A stretch of DNA of 64,000 nt. It comes from an uncultured Piscirickettsiaceae bacterium (GTDB lineage: Bacteria > Pseudomonadota > Gammaproteobacteria > GCF-002020875). Where the stretch lies: contig CAYQBY010000001.1 of NCBI GenBank assembly GCA_964415865.1, forward strand, positions 26,277-90,276. Reading direction: 5' to 3'. Below the pieces are notes generated by a model. The model was given only the letters and a program-made list of their open reading frames with translations, was not told the DNA's origin and did no database searches. A program made the position numbers and the translations under genes. The number at the start of each line of letters is the position of its first letter. Within the stretch, counting starts at the first letter, position 1. Shown one piece after another: positions 44,867 to 57,559 of the stretch.

Positions 44867-46044
44867 GCTCTTATTCAAGTGATCGAGTAGAAAAAATTGA
44901 GCCATTTTATGTGATGGAGCTGTTGGCGCGTGCGCGTGAGTTGGAGGGTAGTGGTAAATCAATAGTCCACATGGAGGTTGGGGAGCCTGATTTTGACACC
45001 CCGGCGCCTATTGTCAGCGCTGGAATTGAGGCGCTCAATAGAGGTCGCCACCATTACACCCCGGCTCTGGGTTTGCCTGAATTAAGAGAGAAAATTGCGG
45101 CACACTACAATAGTGCCTATGGCAAAAAAGTTTCATCTGCACTGATCGCAATAACTCCAGGCTCGTCAGGGGCTCTACAACTCTTGGTGGCTCTTCTGGT
45201 TAATCCTGGTGATGAGGTGTTGATGGCTGACCCCGGATACCCCTGTAACCGTCATTTCGTGCGGATATTTGAAGGGGTGACAGTGTCAGTGCCTGTTGAG
45301 GCTACCACCAGATTTCAGTTAACCGCGGAGTTGGTGGACCAATACTGGAGCGAGAAGAGCAAAGTAGTGATGATCTCCTCTCCATCTAATCCAACTGGTA
45401 GTGTTATCGAAAGAGATGAGTTGCAAAAGATTGCTGCACTTGTGGATGAGCGCGGCGGGGTTCTGGTTGTAGATGAGATCTATCAGGGATTAATTTATGA
45501 CAGACCGGGATCTACAGCCATAGGCCTTCCCGGAAGGGTCTTTGTGGTAAACAGTTTTTCCAAATATTACGGGATGACAGGGTGGCGTCTGGGGTGGTTG
45601 GTTGCCCCAGACATGGAGGCAATCAGTGGGCTTGATCGGTTGTCACAAAATCTGTTTCTGGCTCCATCAACCCCATCACAGTATGCGGCACTTGTGGCGT
45701 TTGGTGAGGAAACTGATAGTGTGCTACGGGAGCGGTGTAATCGTTTTAGACAGCGCCGGGATTTCCTCTATGTTGCCCTATTGGAGCTTGGATTCAAGAT
45801 AGATAGAGTGCCTGATGGGGCTTTTTACCTGTATGCCGACTGTAGTGACCTCTCATCCGACAGTAGCAGTTTTGCCACTGCTCTGCTAGAGCAGGCCGGT
45901 GTTGCCATCACTCCTGGAAAAGATTTTACAGTCAGAGACCCGCGACGGTGGGTACGATTCGCCTATACCACCTCAATGGATCAGCTACAGCTTGGTGTAG
46001 AGCGGATAAAAAGTTTTCTACTAACTCAAGCAAGGGAGCTCTAA
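44863..46044 (+). CDS. PLP-dependent aminotransferase class I (aspartate/aromatic family)
   Basis: NPTG and SFSKYYGMTGWRLGW motifs; ATGA overlap with cbbY. Confidence 0.8.
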   Translation: MSSYSSDRVEKIEPFYVMELLARARELEGSGKSIVHMEVGEPDFDTPAPIVSAGIEALNRGRHHYTPALGLPELREKIAAHYNSAYGKKVSSALIAITPGSSGALQLLVALLVNPGDEVLMADPGYPCNRHFVRIFEGVTVSVPVEATTRFQLTAELVDQYWSEKSKVVMISSPSNPTGSVIERDELQKIAALVDERGGVLVVDEIYQGLIYDRPGSTAIGLPGRVFVVNSFSKYYGMTGWRLGWLVAPDMEAISGLDRLSQNLFLAPSTPSQYAALVAFGEETDSVLRERCNRFRQRRDFLYVALLELGFKIDRVPDGAFYLYADCSDLSSDSSSFATALLEQAGVAITPGKDFTVRDPRRWVRFAYTTSMDQLQLGVERIKSFLLTQAREL

Positions 46045-46349
46045 TGGGCGCACAAATAACACTGCAGCAGTTTCGTGGGCTACAGTTACCTGTGGTTCTG
46101 CATAGGGCGGGACAGATAGTTGGTGTTACTGGCGTGCTCTACTGGTTTTGGTGGGTGTTTATAGAGAAGGGTTTTTTACAGACCTTGCTGTCGGATAGTT
46201 TGGAGATGCAGGTGATTTTGTTGGGGTTACCTCTTGCGTTAATACTGCCGGCTATATATTACGCTGCTGTTTTTGTTCTGTTGCGAGTGCTGTTCTGGTT
46301 GTTGATAGGGGGGGAGTTGGCAGAAGATTCTGTTACAGATGAAGAGTAG
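46044..46349 (+). CDS. Hypothetical small membrane protein (2 TM helices)
   Basis: ATG 46044 overlaps aminotransferase stop; hydrophobic segments; 101 aa. Confidence 0.4.
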   Translation: MGAQITLQQFRGLQLPVVLHRAGQIVGVTGVLYWFWWVFIEKGFLQTLLSDSLEMQVILLGLPLALILPAIYYAAVFVLLRVLFWLLIGGELAEDSVTDEE

Positions 46350-47628
46350 GAAGCACTGCAGCACCGTAGGCGGCCTCTGTATGTGTTGCAGCTGATACTG
46401 GCACCCCAATCTGTTGCTGGCGTAGAAGTTGCCACTTATGATTGTCTGCACCGCCACCAGAGGTAACAATGCGACTGGGGAATGGTGCTCCAAGTGTGTG
46501 CATCTTCAGGTAGCCCTGTTTTTCTATTGCAGTCATCCCCTCCAGGATTCCCTGAAAAAATAGTTTGTCATCATTTGGTCGTGGCGTTAGCCGTGGCCTG
46601 AGGTCTGGATCAGATATGGGAAAGCGTTCTCCAGTAGAGGAGAGTGGGTAGTAGTCTAGTCCAGTTGGTTGGTCCGGTATGATGTCGTGACTTAGCTGTT
46701 CTATCTGTTGTGTGGAGAAGTAGTCAAGCAGAATACCTGTCCCGGCATTAGAGGCCCCACTAACAAGCCATTTGTCTCCAAAGCGGTGGCTGTATATCCC
46801 ATCATCTGGAGAAAAAATAGGGGTTGATGATACAACCTTGAGTACTGTTGTAGTTCCCAGTGAGGTGACAGCATCGCCTATTGCATTGGCACCAGCTGCA
46901 ATAGTGGCGGCAATGCTGTCGGTGGTGCCTGTGCAGACTTGAATACTCTCTTGCCTCTCTGTTGGTATACCCCACTCAGTAGCTAGCTCACTATTCAGGG
47001 TGGCATATGGAGTGCCAGGAGGAGAAACTTCAGGAAGTATGCCTGCCGGAAGACCAAGATTATCAATCCATGTTGGCCAGCCACGATTCATTGGGTCGTA
47101 GCCCATTTTAAGTGTATTGTTTTCATCGCTTTGGCCAAATACTCCTCCAAGCCTGTTGCTGATCCAGTCGGCCTGATGGAGAGCAAGCAGGCCGCTTGAG
47201 TAGTCAATGCCCTTGTTGTTATCTAATAGCCAGAGAAGTTTTGCAAGCGAGGATGATGCCCCATGTGCACCACTCTGAGTGGGCGCAAGTTGTGCAATCT
47301 GTGAGGCCTCTGTTGTAGCTCGATGGTCATCGTACATTAGGGCGGTGGTTAGAGGTGTGCCGTGACTGTTTGATAGTAGAAGGGTTGAGGATGTTCCATC
47401 TACGGTAATTGTCTCCACCATTTCTGACGAAAGTGTAGATATGAGTTTGCCAATAATCCCTATTGTGGTCTGCCACCAATCCTCCGGGTTTTGTTCAGAC
47501 CACCCATCGTGCTGTTTACTGGATGGTGGCAGTGCAGCTCTCTCCTCTGTGAGAGTGCTGCCCTCGGAGTCTACAGCAATGGCCCGGCATCCGGATGTGC
47601 CCAGATCCACTCCTATATGGATTGTCAT
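46333..47628 (-). CDS. FGGY-family carbohydrate (pentulose-type) kinase
   Basis: N-terminal MTIHIGVDLGTSG actin-fold motif at ATG 47628 (track ORF over-extended upstream), C-terminal TSGGGA motif; about 431 aa. Confidence 0.8.
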   Translation of the reverse strand: MTIHIGVDLGTSGCRAIAVDSEGSTLTEERAALPPSSKQHDGWSEQNPEDWWQTTIGIIGKLISTLSSEMVETITVDGTSSTLLLSNSHGTPLTTALMYDDHRATTEASQIAQLAPTQSGAHGASSSLAKLLWLLDNNKGIDYSSGLLALHQADWISNRLGGVFGQSDENNTLKMGYDPMNRGWPTWIDNLGLPAGILPEVSPPGTPYATLNSELATEWGIPTERQESIQVCTGTTDSIAATIAAGANAIGDAVTSLGTTTVLKVVSSTPIFSPDDGIYSHRFGDKWLVSGASNAGTGILLDYFSTQQIEQLSHDIIPDQPTGLDYYPLSSTGERFPISDPDLRPRLTPRPNDDKLFFQGILEGMTAIEKQGYLKMHTLGAPFPSRIVTSGGGADNHKWQLLRQQQIGVPVSAATHTEAAYGAAVLPTLHL

Positions 47629-47641
47629 AGGGAATAAGGTA

Positions 47642-48052
47642 TCAGGAGGCAGCCGGTGTTGATCCTGGAAGTTGGACGACAGGGGCAGGAGTCCAGCCAG
47701 GGGATTGATGTTCTGCAACAACTGTTGTGTATACCCCACCACGAACATTGAAGATAGCAGTTAGACGCATGAATCTGGGGATGGTTGCCGCTACCAGATC
47801 AGACAGTATCTGATTGGTAACTGCCTCATGAAACGCCCCTTTGTCACGATATGACCAGACGTACATTTTGAATGATTTGAGCTCAACACAGAGTTGATCC
47901 GGAACATATTCCAGCTCCAGAGTTGCGAAGTCAGGTTGCCCGGTTTTTGGGCAGAGGCAGGTGAATTCCGGGGTCTGAATACGTATTGTGTAATCACGTT
48001 CAGGGGTGGGACTTTCAAAGGTCTCCAATTCTTCACTTGGTTTGCTGGGCAT
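47642..48052 (-). CDS. queF: NADPH-dependent 7-cyano-7-deazaguanine reductase (short form)
   Basis: [17 protein letters not shown]...E(x)YVP signature; 136 aa. Confidence 0.9.
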   Translation of the reverse strand: MPSKPSEELETFESPTPERDYTIRIQTPEFTCLCPKTGQPDFATLELEYVPDQLCVELKSFKMYVWSYRDKGAFHEAVTNQILSDLVAATIPRFMRLTAIFNVRGGVYTTVVAEHQSPGWTPAPVVQLPGSTPAAS

Positions 48053-48234
48053 CTCTATCTCTTCCTGTTGATATACTCAATAAATCAATTAGATATATAA
48101 CATGCCTAATGTGATTTCATTGATGGTTAATTGTTGGTTTGGATGCTATTATACGACACAATCCTGAGCAGTTCAGATGCTCATTTTTTACTACCATGCA
48201 GACAGCGTGTCTGCCTGTCGGATATAGCGAGGAT

Positions 48235-51200
48235 ATGCGACTTAAAACCCTGAAACTTGCTGGATTTAAATCTTTTGTAGATCCAACATCAGTACCCTTC
48301 CCCAGTAACCTGGTTGGGGTTATTGGCCCAAACGGTTGTGGTAAATCAAACATCATTGACGCAGTACGCTGGGTTATGGGAGAGAGCTCAGCCAAGCAGC
48401 TGCGTGGTGATTCCATGGCTGATGTTATCTTTAACGGTTCCAGTGCACGCAAGCCGGTTGGTCACGCCTCTGTAGAGTTGGTGTTCGACAATGCTGCAGG
48501 TACGCTACAGGGGCAGTACGCCAGCTTTAGCGAGATCTCCGTCAAGCGCAAGGCATCCAGAGATGGCAAATCAACCTATTACCTGAATGGAACAAAGTGT
48601 CGGCGGCGGGATATCATGGATATCTTCCTGGGAACAGGGCTGGGTCCACGTAGTTACGCCATTATCGAGCAGGGAATGATCTCCCGTTTTGTAGAGGCTA
48701 AACCGGATGATCTGCGGGTGTTGATCGAGGAGGCAGCAGGGATCTCCAAATATAAAGAGCGTCGCCGAGAGACCGCGACTCGCATGCGACATACTCGTGA
48801 GAACCTTGACCGCATAAATGATCTTCGTGAAGAGTTGGGCAAGCAGCTACGACGTCTGGAACGCCAGTCGCGTGTTGCTAAGCGTTACCGTCTGCTTAAG
48901 GAAGATGAGCGCTTAATGCAGGCACAATTGCTTGCATTGCGCTGGCAAGAGTATGACCAGAAGGCGGCAGAGCAGGGACAGAAAATCCGTCAGGCAGAAC
49001 TCTCTGTACAGGAACGTCTGGCACAGCAGCGTTCCATAGAGACAGAGCTTGAGAAAGGACGTCAGGGTCATACAGAGGCCAATGAGTCTTTCAATGAGGT
49101 GCAGGGACGTTTTTATGCTGCCGGAGCAGAGATTGCCAGAACGGAGCAAAACCTAAAGGGATTACAGGAGCGACGTAACCAGCTTGCTGAGGATCTGCAA
49201 AAAGCAGAGAGCGCATGGCATGAGGCCAACGCGATGATGAAGGCAGATCAACAGCGTATTGTTGAGCTGGAAGAGTCACTATTGCAGGATGAGCCGGAGC
49301 TGATAAAGCTGCAAGAGGAGGATCATATCCTCGCGTCACACTGGGAGGATGCGGAACATGCATGGCATGAGTGGCAGTCAGAGCTAGAGGATTTTAATCG
49401 CTCAGCCAATGACCCCAAACGTGATACGGAGATTACCCGTTCACGCATTGAGCAGTTGGAGCGTCAGCAGCAGAATAGTAAACGTCAGCAGCAACGCCTG
49501 CAGGAAGAGCAACAGAGGCTGCCTGCTATTGATTCTGCTGAGCTTGAAAAATTACAGCATGAGTTAAGGCGGAGCGAGTCGGAGATGGAGCTGGCACGTG
49601 ACAATAATCACAGTATGCGTGCAGCTATTGCAGTGCAACGTGAGGAAAATCGTCAAGTGGCAGACCGCCTTGATATACAGCGCGGTGAACTGCAGCGGCT
49701 CAATGGACGATTAACCTCACTGGAGGCACTGCAGCAGGATGCGCTGGGGCGTGAGAAGAGTAGTGTTCAATCATGGTTGAGTCAAAGTGATGTTGCGGCA
49801 GATGCCCCACGTCTGGCTGAGATGCTTGATGTGACCACAGGCTGGGAGAAGGCTGTAGAGATGGCTCTTGGCCCATATCTTGAGGCGGTCTCAGTTAGTG
49901 ATGACAGGTATCTGCTGGAAAGCGCATCACAACTTAAGAGAGGTGAGGTCAGTTTTGTTTCAAGCGATGTAGCAATACAATCAGCAGCAGTGATAGAGCT
50001 TGAAGGAGCAACCCCGTTAACCACTTTGGTGGAGTCAGATGCGGTAATCGCGCCGTTGCTACAGGGCATATACGCAGTCGAGACCTTGCAGCAGGCACTT
50101 CAGCTAAGGCCACAACTAGAGCAGGGCATGTCGCTGGTAACCAGAGATGGACTCTGGATTGGTAGTGGTTGGTCTCAGGTAGTTAGAGAAGATGACCGGG
50201 AGGATGGCCTGCTACAGAGAGGACAGAGTATTCGGGATCTCAAACAGCAGCAACAACAACTTGTGTCTGAACTGGAATCATTGGAATTGACTCTGCTTGA
50301 GGGGCGTAGTGAGCAGAAGGATCAGGAGCAGAAACAGGAGCAGCAGCAAAGTAATCTGGATCAACAGGCTGCTCATATCTCCTCACAGAAAGCAGAATTA
50401 AGTGGCAAGTTGGCTAGGCAGGAGCAGGCTAACCATCGCAGGGTAAGTATCGAGGAAGAGCTGTTGCAGGCCGATGAGGATATTCAGCAGGCAGAGTCTG
50501 GAATTCATGAATCTGGATTGCGTCTTGAGATTGCACTGGCCGCAATGGAAGAGAGTGAGACACAACGTCAACAGATGGAGTCAAGAAGGGCGGCACTACG
50601 TGAGGCCATGGATGACTCAAGAGGTCAGGCACGCGAAAAAAGAGATCAGTTGCATCGTCTGACTGTGCAGGTAGAGTCATCCAGAACCCGTCTGGAATCT
50701 ACCCGTAGTGGCCTGGTGCGTATGGAAGAGCAGCTAGCCTCAGGGGAGAAGAGAAGGCAGGAGCTCACACAGTCCAGAGAAGAGATGAAAGCTCCAATTG
50801 GAGCACTTAAGGAGGAGCTTGAGGAGCACTTGGCTAAACAGCTGGTGGTTGAGAATGAGTTGGCTGATGCACGTCGCCAGCTGGAAGAGATTGAACATCA
50901 ATTACGTGAACTTGATGGTACACGGATGGAGGCTGAGAAGGATGTGCAAGATCTCCGTTCAGTCCACGAAAAGCTTTTACTTGAGGGGGAAGAGGTCAGG
51001 GTGCGTTGCCAGACCCTGGATGAGCAGCTGCAGGAGAGTGGTTATGAGAGAAAGCCACTACTGGATGAAATGCCGGAGGAGGCAACAGCAGAGCAGTGGC
51101 AGGAGGATGTGGATGAGATGGCACGCAAGATTCAGCGTCTCGGCCCTATAAACCTGGCTGCAATTGAGGAGTACCAGACAGAGTCAGAGCGCAAGGAGTA

Positions 51201-51753
51201 TCTTGATCAGCAGAATGATGATCTGGTGGAGGCACTTCAGACCCTTGAAAACGCCATTGGAAAAATAGATCGGGAGACCCGCAGCCGTTTCAGAGACACC
51301 TTTGAGAAGATTAATGATGGGCTGAAAAATAACTTCCCCAAACTGTTTGGTGGGGGACGTGCCCATCTGGAGATGACGGGAGATGATCTACTTGATACCG
51401 GTGTGACCATTATGGCTCAGCCACCCGGCAAGAGAAATAGTACTATCCATCTGCTCTCCGGTGGAGAGAAGGCGCTAACAGCAGTGGCGCTAGTGTTCTC
51501 GATCTTTGATCTTAATCCGGCACCTTTCTGTATGCTTGATGAGGTGGATGCCCCACTGGATGAGGCCAATGTTGGACGTTTCTGTAACATGGTCAAGCAT
51601 ATGTCTGAGCGGGTCCAGTTTATCTTTATCACCCATAACAAGGCGACTATGGAGATTTCTGATCAGCTCTCAGGTGTAACCATGCATGAGCCAGGGGTAT
51701 CCAGAATGGTGGCAGTGGATATGGAAGAGGCGCAGGCGCTGGCAGCAAGTTAA
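48235..51753 (+). CDS. smc: Chromosome segregation protein SMC
   Basis: N-terminal Walker A GPNGCGKSN at MRLKTLKLAGFKSF start, long coiled coils, hinge, C-terminal LSGGEK signature and Walker B; smc-zipA-ligA synteny. Confidence 0.9.
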   Translation: MRLKTLKLAGFKSFVDPTSVPFPSNLVGVIGPNGCGKSNIIDAVRWVMGESSAKQLRGDSMADVIFNGSSARKPVGHASVELVFDNAAGTLQGQYASFSEISVKRKASRDGKSTYYLNGTKCRRRDIMDIFLGTGLGPRSYAIIEQGMISRFVEAKPDDLRVLIEEAAGISKYKERRRETATRMRHTRENLDRINDLREELGKQLRRLERQSRVAKRYRLLKEDERLMQAQLLALRWQEYDQKAAEQGQKIRQAELSVQERLAQQRSIETELEKGRQGHTEANESFNEVQGRFYAAGAEIARTEQNLKGLQERRNQLAEDLQKAESAWHEANAMMKADQQRIVELEESLLQDEPELIKLQEEDHILASHWEDAEHAWHEWQSELEDFNRSANDPKRDTEITRSRIEQLERQQQNSKRQQQRLQEEQQRLPAIDSAELEKLQHELRRSESEMELARDNNHSMRAAIAVQREENRQVADRLDIQRGELQRLNGRLTSLEALQQDALGREKSSVQSWLSQSDVAADAPRLAEMLDVTTGWEKAVEMALGPYLEAVSVSDDRYLLESASQLKRGEVSFVSSDVAIQSAAVIELEGATPLTTLVESDAVIAPLLQGIYAVETLQQALQLRPQLEQGMSLVTRDGLWIGSGWSQVVREDDREDGLLQRGQSIRDLKQQQQQLVSELESLELTLLEGRSEQKDQEQKQEQQQSNLDQQAAHISSQKAELSGKLARQEQANHRRVSIEEELLQADEDIQQAESGIHESGLRLEIALAAMEESETQRQQMESRRAALREAMDDSRGQAREKRDQLHRLTVQVESSRTRLESTRSGLVRMEEQLASGEKRRQELTQSREEMKAPIGALKEELEEHLAKQLVVENELADARRQLEEIEHQLRELDGTRMEAEKDVQDLRSVHEKLLLEGEEVRVRCQTLDEQLQESGYERKPLLDEMPEEATAEQWQEDVDEMARKIQRLGPINLAAIEEYQTESERKEYLDQQNDDLVEALQTLENAIGKIDRETRSRFRDTFEKINDGLKNNFPKLFGGGRAHLEMTGDDLLDTGVTIMAQPPGKRNSTIHLLSGGEKALTAVALVFSIFDLNPAPFCMLDEVDAPLDEANVGRFCNMVKHMSERVQFIFITHNKATMEISDQLSGVTMHEPGVSRMVAVDMEEAQALAAS

Positions 51754-51759
51754 TCGACA

Positions 51760-54497
<2,738 letters not shown>

Positions 54498-54499
54498 TG

Positions 54500-54913
54500 T
54501 TATCTGAACAGCTCTACGTAATCTCTGTAGATACATCTATCCATAACGGTAAAAATTCCTGCATCTCTGGCATGTTGGGCAGCCTCTGTATGCACCACCC
54601 CCTCCTGTAGCCAGATAGCAGGAATATCCAGAGAGATAACCTTTTCTACAATGGCCGGTACATGCTCTGGTGCACGGAATACATCTACCATATCAATAGG
54701 GCCCTGTATCTCATCAAGTGACCCATATACAGTCTCACCAAGAATCTCTCCACCACCTGGGCGCACAGGAATAATGCGAAAGCCATACGCCTGCATGGCT
54801 GCAGAGACACGGTGGCTTGGTCTGTTTGGCTGAGAGGAGATTCCCACCACAGCTATGGTGTGGATCTCCCTCAGTTTAGTGTGAATCTGATCAAGTGTTG
54901 GGTTACTCAACAC
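54500..54913 (-). CDS. CoA-binding domain protein (YccU-like)
   Basis: TIAVVGISSQPNRPSHRV...MVDVFR...VMDRC like E. coli YccU; likely GTG start 54913 (track ORF to 54994 would overlap neighbour by 88 nt). Confidence 0.7.
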   Translation of the reverse strand: MLSNPTLDQIHTKLREIHTIAVVGISSQPNRPSHRVSAAMQAYGFRIIPVRPGGGEILGETVYGSLDEIQGPIDMVDVFRAPEHVPAIVEKVISLDIPAIWLQEGVVHTEAAQHARDAGIFTVMDRCIYRDYVELFR

Positions 54914-55092
54914 TTGCAGGTTTTGATTCCCAGAATTGTATAGGCAGGGCACCAGGACAATAGTCCGGTAGCCAGTGGAACTACTCCAATCCATCCCCAG
55001 GCTGGCAGCATTCCAGCAACAGTTGCAGCAATTAATGCAATACCAATTACAATACGTAAAATTCGATCAATACCACCTACATTTTTTGACAT
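54907..55092 (-). CDS. DUF2892/YgaP-like small membrane protein (61 aa)
   Basis: GIDRILRIVIGIALIA...LLSWCPAY pattern typical of DUF2892; two TM segments. Confidence 0.6.
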   Translation of the reverse strand: MSKNVGGIDRILRIVIGIALIAATVAGMLPAWGWIGVVPLATGLLSWCPAYTILGIKTCKC

Positions 55093-55176
55093 TGAAAACT
55101 CCTTATAGGATTAAAAGAACAGTGCGTAAGAGTATAGCTTAATTATTTCTATAAGATTTCAGTCCGGCTCCAACAG

Positions 55177-55458
55177 TTACCCATAAGTACATAGGTATGC
55201 GCTCTCAGTCTCCACCTTTAACTGAAAACTCTGGTCGGCCTCAACAATGAATTCATCTCCTTGAGAGAATGTGGTCCATTCATTATTGTCTGGCAGCTTA
55301 ACAATAAGAGCGCCACTCACCACAGTCATTGTCTCTCTCTGGGTGGTGCCAAATTCATATTCGCCAACAGCCATTACCCCAACAGTAGCGGGCAGGGTTT
55401 CAGTCTGAAAAGCAATGGATACCACATTTCCATCAAAATATTGGTTGGTTTTTAGCAT
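55177..55458 (-). CDS. ppnP: Pyrimidine/purine nucleoside phosphorylase PpnP (UPF0345/YaiE)
   Basis: 93 aa, collinear with E. coli PpnP (VGVM..GEY.F.T...E.MTV.SGAL, ending YLC.Y). Confidence 0.85.
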   Translation of the reverse strand: MLKTNQYFDGNVVSIAFQTETLPATVGVMAVGEYEFGTTQRETMTVVSGALIVKLPDNNEWTTFSQGDEFIVEADQSFQLKVETESAYLCTYG

Positions 55459-55483
55459 AAGAAAATTTCTACCTTGTTACAGA

Positions 55484-55741
55484 TTATTTGATTTGAATAC
55501 TAAGGGCATGAATCTCGCTCACCATAAGGGAGTCAACCGCATCATAGACCAGCCTGTGTTGCTGAATCAGAGTTTTGTCAGCAAAAAAAGGTGATGAGAT
55601 ATGTATGGTGTAGTGACCGGCACCCCCGGCACTCTTGTGTCCTGCGTGCTCGTCAGAGTTGTCATCAATCTCCAAAAATGTTGGAGAGAGATGTTCACTT
55701 AACAGAGAGTGAATGGTCTGAATACGTTCCTCGGCATTCAA
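55484..55741 (-). CDS. BolA-family protein
   Basis: 85 aa; conserved H..F...HALS BolA/IbaG-type motif. Confidence 0.75.
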   Translation of the reverse strand: MNAEERIQTIHSLLSEHLSPTFLEIDDNSDEHAGHKSAGGAGHYTIHISSPFFADKTLIQQHRLVYDAVDSLMVSEIHALSIQIK

Positions 55742-56037
55742 GGGAGTACCTTTTTGAAAGGCTTGACGATCACGTTTTGATATACGTTTGCAGCAACATA
55801 GGGATCTTTATCTGCCCATTGTTGGGCTGACTCCAGTGATGAAAACTCTGCAACCACAAGGCTACCAGTGAATCCAGCTGGGCCTGGGTCTTCACTATCT
55901 ATCGCTGGATGAGGTCCGGCAAGGATAAGTCGCCCTTCACTACGTAGCTGTTCCAGACGTTTCAGATGGTCTGGGCGTGCGGCAAGCCGTGCCTCAAGAC
56001 TGTTGTCACGATCCTGACTGATAATGGCGTATAGCAT
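55738..56037 (-). CDS. yciI: YciI-like protein
   Basis: 99 aa, dimeric alpha+beta barrel family pattern; adjacent to yciB as in enterics. Confidence 0.75.
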   Translation of the reverse strand: MLYAIISQDRDNSLEARLAARPDHLKRLEQLRSEGRLILAGPHPAIDSEDPGPAGFTGSLVVAEFSSLESAQQWADKDPYVAANVYQNVIVKPFKKVLP

Positions 56038-56051
56038 GAACTCTCCTGTTT

Positions 56052-56624
56052 TTAGTCTGAGGTTGCCTCTTCAGGCTCTTCCTGGATATGCCTGGTCATA
56101 TAGAAGGCCTGTGCAATCACAAAGGTAAAGGTTAGCCCCATAACCCCAAAGAGCTTGAAGTTTACCCATATATCCTCACGGGTTTTTTCGTCCATCTCCA
56201 GGCCATAATAGAAAGCTACGTATACATTGATAAAACCTACGATAATGAAGAATATCCCCCAGCTCCAGTTAAGTCTGTGCCATATATTATCCGGTAGAGT
56301 GACGCTGCTCCCCATCATCCGTTCAGCCAGAGGTTTCTCCCCAATGTGGCTGCTGCCTATAAAGGCTAGTCCAAATGCCCAATTAACCACAGATACCTTC
56401 CATTTGATAAAGGCCGCATCCTGAAATATAAGTGTTGCCCCGCCCAATACAGTAATCAGCCCAAGGGTTATAAGGTGCATTTTCTCGACACGGTGATGTC
56501 TGATCCAGAAAATAGCTACCTGAATGGCTGATGCGGCAATCGCAACTGACGTGGCAACAAAAATGTCATACATCTTGTAGGCCACAAAAAAGAGGATAAC
56601 GGGAAAGAGATCAAACAGAAATTT
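56052..56624 (-). CDS. yciB: Intracellular septation protein A (YciB/IspZ)
   Basis: [18 protein letters not shown] start like E. coli YciB; 5 TM; track ORF over-extended by 14 codons. Confidence 0.85.
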   Translation of the reverse strand, partial: KFLFDLFPVILFFVAYKMYDIFVATSVAIAASAIQVAIFWIRHHRVEKMHLITLGLITVLGGATLIFQDAAFIKWKVSVVNWAFGLAFIGSSHIGEKPLAERMMGSSVTLPDNIWHRLNWSWGIFFIIVGFINVYVAFYYGLEMDEKTREDIWVNFKLFGVMGLTFTFVIAQAFYMTRHIQEEPEEATSD

Positions 56625-56683
56625 CATTGCAGGAGGGGTAAAATAGCGTCTTTGGAAAGTCCACAATCATACCATACCAAACC

Positions 56684-57559
56684 ATGTTGAATTACGATCT
56701 CCATAGCCACTCCACGGTCTCGGATGGAACCCTTACACCCAGTGAGTTAATGCGTCGTGCGCAAGAGAAGGGGGTGGATGTGCTGGCACTGACTGATCAT
56801 GATGAGGTGGCCGGTTATGGAAAGGCCGTTATTGAATCCAGAAGGCTTGGGCTTAAGCTGTTGGCGGGGGTAGAGATCTCTGTGACCTGGGGGCGACAGA
56901 CCATCCATATTGTAGGGCTTAATATTGATCCTGACAGTGCAGACCTTGTAAAAGGGTTGAGTCATCTACGCGATTATAGAAAATGGCGTGGTGAGGAGAT
57001 TGGCCGTCGTCTGGATAAGGCAGGGTTTGTTGATGCCTATAAAGGTGCTTTGAAATATCAGAAAGGGGATCTGCTTACACGCACCCACTATGGTCGTTTC
57101 CTGGTAGGTGTCGGGGCGGTAGAGACCATGCAGGATGCATTTAAAAAATATCTGCTGAGGGGTAGGCCAGGATATGTGGGTGGGAAATGGGCCTCCATGG
57201 AGGATGCATTGCAGTGGATCCATGATGCAGGTGGGGTGGCGGTGATAGCCCATCCTGCACGTTATGGAATGACCCGTACAAAACTGAGAAGCATGCTGGG
57301 TGAGTTTATCGAGTGTGGTGGTGAGGGGTTGGAGGTGGTCTCCAGCAGCCATAATGGAAACGAGATTCATACCATGGCTCAGCATGCGCTTCAATTAGGG
57401 TTGGCTGCATCCAGGGGGTCTGATTTTCATAGTCCGGACAATCGTTGGGTTGAGTTGGGTCGTTTGCCGGAACTGCCAAAACAATGTGAACCGATCTGGG
57501 AGCGCTGGGGACTGAATTTGAATAGCGAAGTTACAGGGTTGGAAACGGTGACTGGATAG
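56684..57559 (+). CDS. yciV: PHP-domain 3',5'-nucleoside bisphosphate phosphatase / RNase AM (YciV/TrpH)
   Basis: YDLHSHSTVSDG...ALTDHD PHP motifs; 291 aa; followed by yciO as in E. coli. Confidence 0.85.
   Translation: MLNYDLHSHSTVSDGTLTPSELMRRAQEKGVDVLALTDHDEVAGYGKAVIESRRLGLKLLAGVEISVTWGRQTIHIVGLNIDPDSADLVKGLSHLRDYRKWRGEEIGRRLDKAGFVDAYKGALKYQKGDLLTRTHYGRFLVGVGAVETMQDAFKKYLLRGRPGYVGGKWASMEDALQWIHDAGGVAVIAHPARYGMTRTKLRSMLGEFIECGGEGLEVVSSSHNGNEIHTMAQHALQLGLAASRGSDFHSPDNRWVELGRLPELPKQCEPIWERWGLNLNSEVTGLETVTG

Noticed and set aside
50221-50265. CAG/CAA run (QQQQQ) in smc
   Set aside because: Short poly-Gln within coiled-coil hinge-proximal region. Not a repeat element or slippage tract of notable length.
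50798-51151. 117-aa + strand alternative-frame ORF within smc, rich in Arg/Trp/Met
   Set aside because: Out-of-frame translation of Glu/Gln/Leu-rich coiled-coil codons. No start signals.
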